Assembly: GCF_006345805.1 (NCBI RefSeq)
Contig: NW_021832842.1
Span: 1-64,000 of the forward strand
Reading direction: 5' to 3'
Length of the DNA: 64,000 bases
Source of the DNA: Octopus sinensis
Lineage: Eukaryota
Position 1 is the first letter of the stretch. Each line of letters opens with the position of its first letter. This document shows, piece by piece, positions 33,421 through 46,975 of the stretch. The notes beneath the pieces were generated by a model. That model was given only the letters and a program-made list of their open reading frames with translations. It had not been told where the DNA came from and searched no databases. The translations under genes were made by a program, and so were the position numbers.

Positions 33421-36400
33421 GTAATACTAACTGAAATTTATTACTATTTTCGAAACGAAATGATGTATTTTGACTCGATATTATCTCCACCTCTAACACA
33501 ACACATGTAAACATGCGTGGAACATCACGATCATCCCCGACCTCAAACACCATGTACAAAGGAACTACGAAGAAATTAAATGCCACCGATACTATTCAAC
33601 CCAAGAATAACAATCGAGCGGTACAACAAAAAATGTACGAAAAACTACACGTGCGAAATAATGTGACAACAGAAATAAACGGACCGGTACCTTACGAAAA
33701 TGACGACCGTCAAAATAATGGGCCGGACGTTGTACCTCATGTCCCGCAAATAAAACCCAAAATACGTAAATGGACACGTGGGGAATACATTTCTATCTTA
33801 CACGCATACTTCACAGCAATGCTCTACCCAAAAAATGAAAATACAACAACACATACATATAAAATATGGAAGGAAAATAATAGAGATATAGACTTGGATA
33901 CAGCAATGAACCCTAATAAATTAGCTAACGTACGAAGATACATTCTCAAAGCCAAAAAATATCAGAAATAGAAATAGAACATTTAAAAGAAAAAATACAC
34001 CAGGAAAATGTAGATAGAAGCCACACAACAATGCCCAATAATATAAACACTGAAACTGTAAAACACGAAGACAAACGCAACATTCCCAACAAACACGATG
34101 TAAACAACGAAGGGGAGCCTAATGATTATGATAATAAAAAAAAAAATAATCAAAGAACTGAAAACCACAGAGCCCAAAATGGACCACCGACCATACCTCC
34201 CAAGAATAAAAATAAACGAAATAACAACACCAATTATAAACAGTATAAACCTAGCCGTCACTGAACTAGCCACTGAAACAAAAAAAAGTGATATCACTGA
34301 ACTAAATGACTTGATATACGCAGCAGCCACTGCAGCCACAAAAGAAGCTGGATACTCACCCAAACCCGCCCAAACAGGAGTACCACCACCCAAACAAACC
34401 CTGTGGATAAATAACATCCAAAACAAAATAAAAAAAATTAGAAAAGACCTGTCGATTCTTAATGAAATCAGCAAACAATCAACGCTACTGAGCAACAAAA
34501 AGAGAACAAAAATGCTCCGCAAATATAACATCACAGAAAAAGATTTGCCGGAGATAAAAGAAAAGCTGAAGCAAGATATCCTTGCCAAAGCTCAAAGGAT
34601 CCGCCGGTACGAGAAACGCCAACGCTTCTTTGAACAGAACAAAAAGTTCAACTCCGACCCCAAAAAGTTCTACCAAGAACTGGGCAAAAATAAAATAGAA
34701 GTTACTGCAGCACCAACGGCAGAAGAATTGGAAGAATTCTGGGGAGAAATATGGTCGGCGAACGAACCACCAAAAAAAAGGAGTATCAGAAAAACAAACT
34801 CGGCATCTGAACAACTTTGGACCCCCATCACAACTGAAGAGGTCACCCAGGCACTGCAAAAACTAAGCAACTGGAAGATCCCCAACTTCTGGTTGAAATA
34901 TCTAACAGGAATGCACAAAAAGCTGGCTGAAAACTTTAACAGCATACTAGCAGAGCCAGAGACAATGCCTGAATGGCTCACGAAGGGGAAAACCATCTTA
35001 ATTCCCAAATCAAATGAAACAGAAAAACCAGAAAACTACAGACCAATAACCTGCCTCCCTACTATGTTCAAGGCATTTACTGCAGTGATATCGCAAAGGC
35101 TGAACAAGCACCTGGACGAAAACAAACTGTTCCCAGAAGAGCAGAAATGATGCCGCAAAGGCTCATATAGCTGTAAAGATCAACTAATGATTAATAAAGC
35201 CGTAACTGAAGACAGCCACAGAAAGAAGAAAGGCCTCAGTATGGCCTGGATTGACTACCAAAAGGCGTTTGATAGCATCCCCCACACATGGATCCTCGAA
35301 ACACTAGCCATTAACAAAGTAGCACCAACAATCATAAAATTCATAGAGCACTCTATGAATAAATGGCAAACAGTCCTACACCTCCAAACAAAAGAGGGAC
35401 TCATGAAAACCAAAGACATCCCCATTAGAAGAGGAATATTCCAGGGAGACACGCTCTCCCCACTCCTTTTCTGCTTGGCACTGTCACCTCTATCTGATAT
35501 GCTAAATAGAACTGGATGCGGATATAAATGTTACGGCAAAACGATCAGCCACCTTTTATATATGGATGACCTAAAACTATACGCTGCAAATGACAAACAG
35601 CTGGAAACACTATTAAAGACAGTTCATGGATTTACCAAAGAAATAGATATGAAATTTGGATTAGAAAAATGCGCCAAAGTAACCATGAAAAGAGGAAAAC
35701 TAGTTAAGAGTAACAACATCACACTAGATAAAACCAATGAAATAAAAGAATTAGACCAAAGCCAAACTTACAAATACTTAGGAATCCATGAACTAGATAA
35801 GACACAACACACACAAATGAAAGAGAAAATAAAAAAAGAATATTATAGACGAGTTAGATCAATACTAAAAACAGAACTCAATGCTAAAAACAAGATAATA
35901 GGTATCAACACTTTAGCTGTCCCAGTTATAAGTTACAGCTACAATATCCTTAAGTGGACACGAAATGAACTGTCCAAAATAGATAGGAAAACAAGAAAAA
36001 TACTGACAGGATCTAGGATGCATCACCCAAAATCTGACATAGAAAGACTATATATACAACGTATAGAAGGTGGTAGAGGCCTTATACAGCTGGAAAACTA
36101 CTATAAAATAACCACCATAGGACTGCAAAAATACCTACTTCAGAAGGAAGGAAAACTGATCCAGATAGCAGCAAAACACGAGCAAAACAAAAAACTGTTC
36201 TCAGTATTTAAGGAAGCTGACAAATACAAACAAGAAATCATACCACCTAATAAACACGAAGAAGAAGAAGAAGATGATGAAGAAACAACAAAAGCTATAA
36301 CACAAATGAAATCCAAACTAAAAATAGAACACCAACGAACCATGATAAAACGATGGCAAGAAAAGCCCCTTCATGGTAAATACTGGACTAAACTAAACGC

Positions 36401-37208
36401 AAAAGAAATAGACAAAGAAAAATCCCAGCAATGGTTGAGAAGCTCAGGACTCAAAGCAGTGACAGAGGGATTTTTAATTGCAACACAAGACCAAAGCCTC
36501 CCCACCAGAAATTACCAAAAACATGTAAGGAAAAGTAACTGCAGAATATGTGGAGATGGACAAGAAACAATAAATCATATTATCTCTAGCTGCCCAGTCC
36601 TGGCTAAGAAGGAATATATTCACAGACATGACAGAGTTGGAACCTACATACATTGGAAGCTATGCCAACATTATGGAATGACAACAGAAAAAAGATGGTA
36701 TAGGCACACACCAGAAAAGGTCACAGAAAACGAGAAAGCAACCATACTCTGGGATATGCCGATACACACAGATAGAGAAATTAAGGCCAACAGACCAGAT
36801 ATAGTTGTCAGAGATCATGAAGAAAAAAAATGCTTTCTAATTGATGTATCAATACCGGCAGATGACGATGTGCCTCTAAAAGAAATGGAGAAACTCTCAA
36901 AATACACAGACCTGGAAATAGAGGTAACTAGAATGTGGAATCTGAAAACAGAAACAATTCCTATCATAGTAGGTGCATTAGGCATGATAAAAAAATATTC
37001 AGACAAATACATAACAAAAACACCAGGACTTACAAACACATATAACATACAGAAAATTGCACTACTAGGCACTGCACACATCCTACGCAGAACACTTTCC
37101 ATACAATAACCATCAGAGCATCACAACAAATCACAGCACATACCCAAGGCACACAGAGCTGCGCTCGGTAGTGAAGTCAAAGCACGCTATAAAAATAAAA
37201 CTACTGAA
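33421..37208 (+). mobile_element. Full-length R4/Dong-clade non-LTR retrotransposon (RT, CCHC, REL endonuclease) in (TAA)n
   Basis: ORF pieces 33513-33971, 34122-35150 and 35187-37109: NYRPITCL, WIDYQKAFDSIPH, GIFQGDTLSP, YMDD, CRICG..H..SSC, RHD, RPD..IDVSIP..EKLSKY. (TAA)n on both sides; a few frameshifts and a TGA at 35148. Confidence 0.95.
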
Positions 37209-38779
37209 TAATAATAATAACAACAACAACAACAACAACAATATTTATAATAATAATTACTACTATAGGCAAAAGGCCTGAAATTACATCGACCCCTGTA
37301 CGCATTTGACACTGATATCCTCAGCCGAAGAGATGAAATGCGAAGTAGACCTCAGTGGAATTTGAATTCAGAACGTAAAAGCGGGAGAAGTACTGGAAAG
37401 AATGTTACCCAGTGTGCTAATGCTTTTGTTGCAGTCTCAAGTGCTTAATTGCCATATATATCATTTATTTTAATTTAATCCCCATCTCAGATCCTAGTGT
37501 CATAAATCTGGCATGAAATAAAATTTAACATAATGAACTGCAGGGAGTTACATATGTAGTTAATTCAATCATTATCTTACGGGTTGTGAAAATGAACCAG
37601 ACTGCCTACCTGCCTCTTTTCTCTTTCCTATCCCCAACATGTTCACTAACTGCCCTGTAAGCTATAAATCTTTTGAACGCCTTACGCACTAGCTAACCAT
37701 TTAATGTCTTTCTAGCTTTGCTATGTTCTCTCATTCAAAGCTAGCCTCAGCTGGAATCAGCTTCGGCTGGCCCACTGTGGTGAAATGTTGTTCATATATT
37801 GTTTGAAATGTTATGCATCACCTAATGAAAGCGTTTCTTTTTGTTATGATACAATGTACTAATTAATCCATTAAAGATATCCGCAGGAAACAGCTGTAAT
37901 GAAGTGGCGCGTATCCATCGTTTTGTTAATTTTTTGTTCATAATGCACCTCATTGGAATTCCGACCCGTCTGGAGTATACCAAATACTGTACGACCAATA
38001 TAATGTAGAGCTTTGGTTTGGCCATTATGCTATTAAAATACTCATGAGGTTTAAATTCTCTATATATATAACCTGAATATTTCTGGATGTACTTCTGTAC
38101 CCATGATATTTATTCGACTTAAGGGGCTGTTTACAAATTAATTCGACCCAACCTGATATCTATAATTTAAGTACCCAATTCTTTTCAATCTTTAATATCG
38201 TATATATATATATATGTATATATTTATGTGTTTGTGTTTTTGTGTCTCCTCAGGCTGGTGTACAGAAAATTGCAAGAAGTGCAGTAATGCCAGTGGTAGG
38301 TGAAAAGAATTTCTTTGACCGCGTGGTTGGACAGGAAATAGATGGCGACAGTGCGTCTGGGTAGGGTAGGGAATCATTGTTGTTTGTGAGCATATGAGCT
38401 TGTGTGCACGTGTGCCCGTGCACATGTGAGTGTGTGGTTGGGTGTATATTTGCAAGTAGGTTTCTGTGCGTGTGTCCCTGCGCTTGTGATTGTGCCTGTT
38501 TCTGTGTGTGCGCTGTATTTATTTTTATTTTCATTTTCAATCGTTTGTGTGTAAGTGATGTTAATATTAAGAAGTCGATGATAAACTATAGGCTAGGTGT
38601 CTGGAAAAGAGATTTAGAGAAATATTGGTGATCATGCTTGTTGAAGAAGAGTGTAGCTTTATTTATGGACGCATTACAACCAATCAAATAATTCTTCAAA
38701 AATAATGTTTCAGAAATCGAGGGAATTTTGCCTAATTCACTATCATCATTAATTCGGTTTCCTTGCCTACAATCATCAA

Positions 38780-39030
38780 TGGTAATGAATGTTGGGTAAT
38801 GACTGAAAGAATCCGATCGGCAATGCAAGAGGCTGAAATGGGATTCTTCCGAAAGGTCTAAGTAATAATATTACTTGAGAACGTGCATGGCTCGTAGATC
38901 AGGCTCTATCTCTACTTCTCTGCTCTCAGAGTCCACAACCGCAGTTCTATGTACTTGTGATTAGAATGTCGCAGGAAAGAATCGTCAGACAGATTCATCA
39001 AGCTGATTTATCCAACAGGAGACAAAGAAC
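38780..39030 (+). mobile_element. Decayed RTE-type LINE fragment
   Basis: Translates as WVMTERIRSAMQEAEMGFFRK-like post-RT region with stops. Confidence 0.5.
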
Positions 39031-39165
39031 TAAGCTAAAAAAAAAAAAGCAAGAATAAGAATAATATAAATGTGATTGGTAAAAAACAGAGTATTGAAGA
39101 TGAACATTTGAAAGATCATATATTCAACTCTGTAGATACTAAATATACGGTTAGTACAAACAATA

Positions 39166-40560
39166 TTTAGTGGTGTCAGAACATAAACACATAGAAATGA
39201 TCAGCATCGCTCTCAGAAACTACGAGGCAGTTTCGGGAGTGACGATTAGCCAGAAAAAATCAGTGGGCTTGCGGCTTGGCACCTATAGAAGCAAGTCAAT
39301 GTCGTCCAACTTCATCGTAGGGCGCTGGACAGATGGACCGGTTAAATTGCTGGACCTCTAGATGAACAAAAATTAGCACAAGGTAACGAGCAAGGTGACT
39401 ACTCTCACTCAGAAATAGGCCGAGAGAAAACTATCCCTGACTGGTCGGTCACAATCACTTGACCGTTGCATTTTCCTTGTCACCATTTGATTATGCTGGA
39501 TCGTATATTCTTCTGCTTTTTGTGGAAGGGACGTGTCCCGATGGTCAGACGGTGTATCTGCTGTCAACACCCGCTGCATGGTGGCCTGGGCATGCCTCGA
39601 TTGATGATGCGCAGATGTGCACTGAGGCTACGCTATCTCTATTGCTTTCTTGATTGTGTGGTCGCCGTTCACCAGACACGTATTTCCGCAGCTAGTTTCG
39701 TTAACGGAGCTGCAGCTCTGGGTAAATTAGAGTGCTCAACTACTCGGACACTGCGATATACAGAATGTCGACTTTAGCTTTTTATAAAGAATTAGTGAAG
39801 GAAAAGGGCTACAACGTTCTTGCGGAGACCTTGAGTGTTGAAGAAAATCAGCAAGCCGCTCTTTTCCAGAGAAATTTCGGCCCAGGACCAATGGATAATT
39901 TCCAAAAATGTCTGGCCTCGCAGTGCTACCGGGGAGATTTGCCTGTTCGAGATAAACTTTACTAGTATGGAAATGCTGTCAGCTACGCACGTCCGAGATG
40001 TGTGCAGGACGACGAGACGGTCCGGCATGCACTCGTCCAGTGCCGAGCATTACTGACCTGTGGGCTTATGTCGAACAGCTGCTGTCGCTTGTAGGAAGGA
40101 ACTGGCTGTCAACTAAATCCATCGTGAAAATCGCCCCACCGTCTTCACTTAAGCGGGAAGGAAAGGCTGCGTTTATATGGCTTGTGGGCATGGTGTAAGT
40201 GGTTGTATGGTGAACGAAATTGAAGAGGATGAAGACAAACACTTTTCTCTTTTGCCAATCCCTGATCAACTTCATCAAGTTTCACTTGAAAAGGAAAATA
40301 AAGGTAAAAAGGGAAGCATTGTCTTTTGGTCAGTTTGCTGGAAGGTGGTTCAAAGTGAAGAGAATGGTGCGAATGAACGGGCCTGCTCTGAGCATACGCC
40401 CGTAGTTGGGAAAAAGGAAAGAAAAAAGACTCCTGCTCCATAAGTCAGTACACCATCGTTTTTATGGGGTTTTTCCATGAGTAGCCCCCGGACGTCTCCT
40501 CCCTATTGAGGATTACACATTGCTAAACTTTTGAAAAAATTCTTGTTAGTCTTGTTCACA
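39166..40560 (+). mobile_element. Tx1/L1-clade LINE 3' fragment, decayed
   Basis: YEAVSG..I...KSVGL, FLWKG...VRR.....PL.GGLGMP and a C..C...ET..HAL..C zinc knuckle across frameshifts. Confidence 0.78.
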
Positions 40561-40671
40561 GGCAAAACCCTCACAACAAAACACTCATACACGAATACAC
40601 ACACATTCTTTGCTTTGTCCTGTACTGGTCCATAATGTTTTTCTTAATGTAAAACCTTGTGTTTGGTGAAG

Positions 40672-40708
<37 letters not shown>

Positions 40709-40728
40709 TATCATTATTATTATTATCA

Positions 40729-40783
<55 letters not shown>

Positions 40784-40884
40784 CATTATCATCATCTTCA
40801 CTCTCACTATCATTATCATTATTATTATTATTATTGTTATTATTATTATTATTGTTGTTGTTGTTGCTGCTGCTGCTGCTGCTG

Positions 40885-41362
40885 TCTTGGATTGACATTA
40901 AGAAGGCATGTGATATAGTGCCTCATTCTTGGATCGTTGAATGCCTGCAGATGGTTGGTGTTGCTGACAACATCACAAATTTTCTGATGCATAGCATGAA
41001 AGAGTGGTAAACCAAATTGTACTCAACTAATGTGTTCCCCGGAGGAGTTAATATTAAAAGGGGAATCTTCCAAGGTGACTTGCTTTCACCGTTACATTTT
41101 GTAATTACACTAATACCCATAACAATGACACATAGGGAAGTTATGATGGGTTACTAATGTGCGAAGAAAGGCCCATCATTGAACCATCTTCTGTTTAGCG
41201 GTGACCTGAAATTGTTTGGGAAATCTGAAAAACATATAGATTCCTTAAACTAAACAGACCAGAAGTGTGGTAGGGACATCGGTATGGAATTTGGGATTAC
41301 CAAATGCTCAGTACTTAATATGAAAAGAGGGAAGAAAGCAACCTGCAGAGGATTGCGGTTAC
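40885..41362 (+). mobile_element. R4/Dong-like RT core fragment, decayed
   Basis: WIDIKKACDIVPHSWI, RGIFQGDLLSP, LNHLLF..DLKLF, GMEFGITKC; preceded by (ATC)/(ATT)n. Confidence 0.8.
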
Positions 41363-42521
41363 CAAAGCTTTTATGAAAGCTCTCAAATCCAAAATCCTAA
41401 AGGCTTCAACCAAATCCATGAGAAAAATGGCAATTGAACTTGCGGTAGACAACAAGACCATTAGAAATGCTGTAAAATATGATTTGAGGTTAAAATCTTA
41501 CACAAGAACACCAAAACACTTGTTGACAACAGCTATGAAGGAAAAGAGATTGGAAAGGTGCAAGAAAATTATTACATGGTTCAAGAAAAAGTCTTCCATT
41601 GTAACGATCTTTTAAGATAGAAAGATCTTCACTGTCGATGCTGTTCTGAACTGCAGAAATGACAGATTTATCGCAAAATCAACAGCTGAGGTTAAGGGGG
41701 CATTCAAAACAAAACATACTGCTCAAGTTATGACTTTTGGTGTTGTGGTTTCCGATGGAAAGAAAATGCCTATAAAATTCTACAAAGCTGATGAAAAGAT
41801 CAATGTTAATACTTACTACAAGACTCTGAGATACCAGGTATTGCCATGGCTTAAAGCAAACCACCCAGATGGTAATTATGTATGGACACAGGATGATGCT
41901 CCAGCCCACACAGCTAGAAAAATACAAGATTTCTGCAAATCCAACTTTTTGGAATCATATTTAAGGCCGCCTTCTAGCCCAGATCTAAGTCCTCTGGATT
42001 ATGTTATTTGTGGCATTTTAGAACATACTACCAATAGAACATCACACAGCAATGTCGACTCCCTTAAAGATACTATTAAAGAAGAATGGGAGAAGTTGTC
42101 TTCCGAATATTTGAGGAACGCCTGTGCAAATTTCAGGAAGCGTGTGAAGGCAGTTATTGAGAAAGAAGCAGGACACAGAATAAAAATATTTTCTATTACG
42201 TAAATTTTCTTGTGGCAAATAAATCCACATGACTTTCAATAATCTAATTGGTCATACACTGTCTTTCAATCCCTGCTTCAAAATGGGAGAAGAATGGGAG
42301 AAGTTGTCTTCCGAATATTTGAGGAACACCTGTGCAAATTTCAGGAAGCGTGTGAAGGCAGTTATTGAGAAAGAAGGAGGACCCATAGAATAAAAAACAT
42401 TTTCTATTATGTAAATTTTCTTGTGGCAAATAAATTCTCATGACTTTCAATATACTAATTCGTCATACACTGTCTTTCAATCCCTGCTTCAAAATATTGT
42501 AAATTTTGCTTCCCCACCCTG
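41362..42521 (+). mobile_element. 5'-truncated Tc1/mariner transposon (maT-like) with ~200 bp 3' duplication
   Basis: VMTFGVVVSDG, WTQDDAPAHT, PPSSPDLSPLDY; right TIR ends CACCCTG followed by TA; 42082-42284 is repeated at 42291-42493. Confidence 0.85.
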
Positions 42522-42668
42522 TATATACAGACACTCACTCATACGCACAAACACACACACAGTTATATAATTATGATTTTTTTGTTTTTGTTCCTACTTC
42601 CAACTACTGTATACTGAGAAGACTTTAAACATTCTTTTATTAATGTTTATCTTTCATACTTTGTTTAG

Positions 42669-42733
42669 GTTATACCATCCCTAGAAGAGTTGAAAACAAA
42701 AACAGAAATAGAACTTGAAGATATGTACCATGG
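42669..42733 (+). CDS. METTL24-like: METTL24-like methyltransferase, first identifiable exon
   Basis: TTTAG acceptor, VIPSLEELKTKTEIELEDMYH(G), GTAATA donor; phase 2 joins the next exon in frame. Upstream exons not found. Confidence 0.6.
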
Positions 42734-45234
42734 GTAATATTCTTCCATTCCTTTATCTATTACACGCTGTTGTGTGTTAACTATAATATAAAAAATCTTT
42801 CTATGTTAGATGATTTCCATGTGTTTTAACATGAACATAAAACTGTTCTCTCATCTATTTGTTTTTCTTACAATAATTTAAATAATTTGTAGCTGTTAAT
42901 TTCTAAGGCTGCCTTTTATTTTTCTGCTGGTAAAGTTTTAATACATTTTCTAAAATTTATACTTCAAATTTCTCGTTGACGTTTTCCTCTTCTGAGACGT
43001 CGTTGGCTTTTCCTACTTTTAACTTATGCACTCTATACCCGAGAAAATTTTTCTGTGTATCAACCCAGTATTTAATTGTCATTTTTCCCATGGCATCTTA
43101 AGGTGTGGCTATGTGGTAAGAATTTTTTGCTTCCCAGCCACATGTTCTGGGTTCAGTTCTATTATGTGGAATATGAGCCAGTGTCTTCTACTACAGCTGT
43201 AGGGCAACCAAATTATTACAACATGGATTTGATAGATGGAAATTGGAATATATGTGTGTGTCACTGTCTTCTTGCTTTGACATCTTGCAATAGATGTAAA
43301 CTAATTCCACCATCGTGCATACAATGTCCTTAATTTCTAATCTCCTTTGTAAACATGCCATGTGATGGGTAATACTATCTTATTTGGATACAGGTAAAGG
43401 TTGGCGGAAGTAAAGGCATCCAGCCAAATAATATCAACCTCAGTCAATAGCCTGACCCACGGGAGCATAAAATAGTGGACATTAAACCGAAAATGATGAC
43501 TGAGGGTATGGTTTTCTTAAATTTAAGACATGAAGTTTGGGGTTCTCACGTTAAGAAATTGTGTGTAGAAGAATAATTTTTCTGTTTCATTTATCAAGTC
43601 ATTATATTGGAGCTTTCGTATCAAAGCAAGTGAAACCTAGCAGATGATAATGTATATTTCGCTACTATACAAAACGAGGTGTCTTGGATGTTTGGTCTTA
43701 TTGTTTTCACGCTTTAGCTATTTATTGGTTACCTCCAGTCCATAGATCTAAAGAGTTGACTGGGACTTCTCAATAGCGTAAACACTTCTGACAACCGATC
43801 ATTTGACCTGCTGAATATAGCAGCCAAATTTTCCCTCTAAAACACCTTCGTCTCATCAAAGGCAAAAATGCATTGGATAATCTTGTCTGAAATTTTCTGT
43901 TACTTAAGCCAGTTCTAGTCATGAGTGATAAGCCAGAACTTAAGGTGGTTTCAATTGTGTATATAAATTACAACTCCACCTCCGAATGAGATGTCAGTCT
44001 ATTGCAGGTTTAATTTCCCACATATTACTGGAGATTATTTATAACCGAGTGAACTGGAAGAACGAGAATGAAGTGTTTTGCGAAAGAACACAATGCACCA
44101 CCAAGTGTGTAAATCAAAACCATGATCTTACAACTGTGAATATAATTTGCTATCACAGGGCTACAGACCTTCACTGAAACCCATAAGAAAGGAAAAAGGA
44201 CAAGACATTCGTATCCTGAATGCCTTTGGTAGATCCGTTTGATTAGGACTAACCTGGTACAAGAAAAATCTGGTACATCTGGACTAAAAATGTACCACAC
44301 ACCGATCTCCGCTAAAGAAAACCAAGAAGAAGGTGGTGGTGTTAAACTGGGTTCCAAACTCAGTCCATGCAGAACTACCCAATATTCATACGAATTAGTA
44401 ACATAAATTAATATTTCAAAAGCTAGATGCGAGTTTGTGTATTTGAAACTTTTCAACTTTAATTATGCTGAGTTCCATGAAGATAAAATAAAGTTCAAGA
44501 CACACTAATTACAATCTTAAATGGAGCTGTTTCACGTTGCCTACTTCGTTCAATATTCGTGAAAGAAACCTGAATTTAAAACAATCTCTACGACTCAGCT
44601 TTACAAAGTAAACTCTTTTTTGTTTTTACCTTGCTTTTTTTTGTTCTTTGGCATTGGATGGGCATGCAACTGTACAAACCTTGCCAAGGCAGACATTGGA
44701 GCACGATACAGTCTTTGAATCAGTTGGAACTTGTCAAACCTTCCAACCTAAGCTAGCAAGAATGACGGTAAATTTTCTTAAATTGGAAACTTGGGAAGAA
44801 TGCTTGTAAGAGTAAACTCCATTTAAGGAATCTCAGGACCAGATGATGGTGGAACTCAGAATGCAAAGAGCATTAATAAATCTCGCAAAGCACCTCATCT
44901 AACACTTTGAAATTCTTCCAGTCTGTGGGAGAGAAATGGTACTGTATTTTATCAACTTTTAAAAAAATAGGAAACAAAATTGATCTTGGTGGCCAAAACA
45001 AATTCTATGGTCTACGATGAAATGTTACAGATACTTTCCTCTGTGGTTCTCTGTCAGTCTGTTTGATGCTGTAGAGTAGAAGCAACAACCTCTCATAGAG
45101 TGAAACAAATAATGTACCCTTTCATTCCCAGTTGTAGTTGTTTCACTTCATTTCTCTTGTCAGCCTTTTATAATCATATCCTTGTGTCCATGTAAAAGAA
45201 AAATCAATAATTCATTTGTTGAATATTATTGCAG

Positions 45235-45363
45235 ATTTCTGAACAATGTTCAGGTGAAGTGTAACAAGATAGTGCGTGTTGGTTCCATTGGTGACGGAGG
45301 ATGGAATGTTTGTTTGGATGTCAAATGGTATCCCACGAAGCCTTGCTTGGTATACTCATTTGG
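45235..45363 (+). CDS. METTL24-like: METTL24-like exon
   Basis: TTGCAG/GTAAAT boundaries; FLNNVQVKC..VRVGSIGDGGWNVC...PCLVYSFG. Confidence 0.9.
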
Positions 45364-45499
45364 GTAAATAGAAAGACGCTCCGAAATTTTCAGCAAAAAT
45401 CGGAGTGCTCTTCAATTTTTCATATTCTCTATAATTTTTCTCTCCTATAAATGATTATAAATGATTATAAATGTGTGTGAGTTTGTGCAAGCATATATA

Positions 45500-45703
<204 letters not shown>

Positions 45704-45715
45704 TACATACACACA

Positions 45716-46975
45716 CAGAGACATGCAGGAAGTAAATAGACAACTTTAATTTCCAACATTTCTGTTCTAAGCATCTTAATATGTTTTCAGTGGTGTAGAA
45801 TTTACAATGTTATTATTCTTTTTCATTCCAGTGCCATTATATTAAACGTTTGTGAAGAGTAATCATGCCACGCACAAAATTCAGCAGATCTGTCAGATTT
45901 TCGAAGAAGTTGCATTGTTGGGCAATCTGGGGCTGGTTTTAGCCAGCGAAAAATTGCCAAAAATTTTCAAATTCTTTTTGCTAATGTTAATAGAGTTATA
46001 GTGCAATTCAAAAGCCAAAGAAAAGAATCAACAGATTCTCGTCCCGGCCGACCTGGGCCCTCGGAAAGGAAACTTCGCTGTTTGAAGAGAATTGTGGAAA
46101 ACGAACTCTGTTCGAAGGCTTCTGACATTGCAAAACAGCTAGAAGTTAGTCCAAGAACGTGTGTTACATATCTGCATAATCTTGGGTATTATGGACGAGC
46201 AGCTAGAAGAAAACCTCTCCTTCAACTGATTAATATCATGAAAAGAAAGAAATGGGCTAAGAAGATGTCAGAAAAATTCAGTTCATTTTGGGATCGAGTG
46301 ATTTTCTCAGATGAATCCAGATTTGCATTATTTTCAGACAGTGGACGTTTTGGGGTTTGGAGGCTTCCCAATCAAGAATTTCATTTGAAACGACTTCAAC
46401 TAATTGTGAAACATGGCGGTATCTCTGTAATGGTATGGGGAGCTGTCACCAGCAATGGTTGTTCTGAGCTGATTAAATGTGTTGGATCCATAAACTGTGA
46501 AAAATACATCGAAATACTTAAGCAAGGACTATTTCCGATGTATTCACACGATAACAACGAAAAATTAGTTTTTATTCATGGAAAGTGGAGCTCCATGCCA
46601 CACAGCGAAAAGCATGACTGAAAATGGGATCAAAAAGCTTCCTTGGCCGAGCCAATCTTCTGACACGAACCCAATTGAAAATCTTTGGACCATACTAGAT
46701 AGAGCTATATGAAAAACTCAACAGAAACCTAAATCTAAAGATGAATTGTTTCGATCGTTGTGTGAAAAGTGGGCAGAAATTTCACAAGAGACAATCACAA
46801 AGCTCATCAGTTCAATGCCAAAAAGAGTTTCTGAATTAAAAACTGCAAAGTGAATATCAGCTAAATACTAAATTATGTAAACCTACCTATCGATTACATT
46901 TCAATTGTTCGCTTTGCGTATTAAGTAAAAGATTTTGAAAATTAAAGGTGTCTATTTACTTCCTGCATGTCTGCG
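45716..46975 (+). mobile_element. Tc1-like transposon (DD34E), decayed, intronic
   Basis: TIR core AGACATGCAGGAAGTAAATAGACA at both ends, TA at the right; transposase 45865-46871 with ARRKPLL, VIFSDESRF, VMVWGAV, WPSQSSDTNPIENLW. Confidence 0.92.

Larger units (their letters stand above)
18814..38472 (+). repeat. Tandem segmental array: a 1.2 kb block (U) repeated four times at ~6.15 kb spacing
   Basis: U1 18814-20040, U2 24968-26199, U3 31135-32366, U4 37264-38472. U2 and U3 are near-identical; U1 and U4 are more diverged and share several alleles with each other. Confidence 0.95.

Noticed and set aside
44025-44456. 143 aa minus-strand ORF in an intron
   Set aside because: No recognisable domain or splice support; partly overlaps a SINE-like segment; the METTL24-like exon chain is complete without it.
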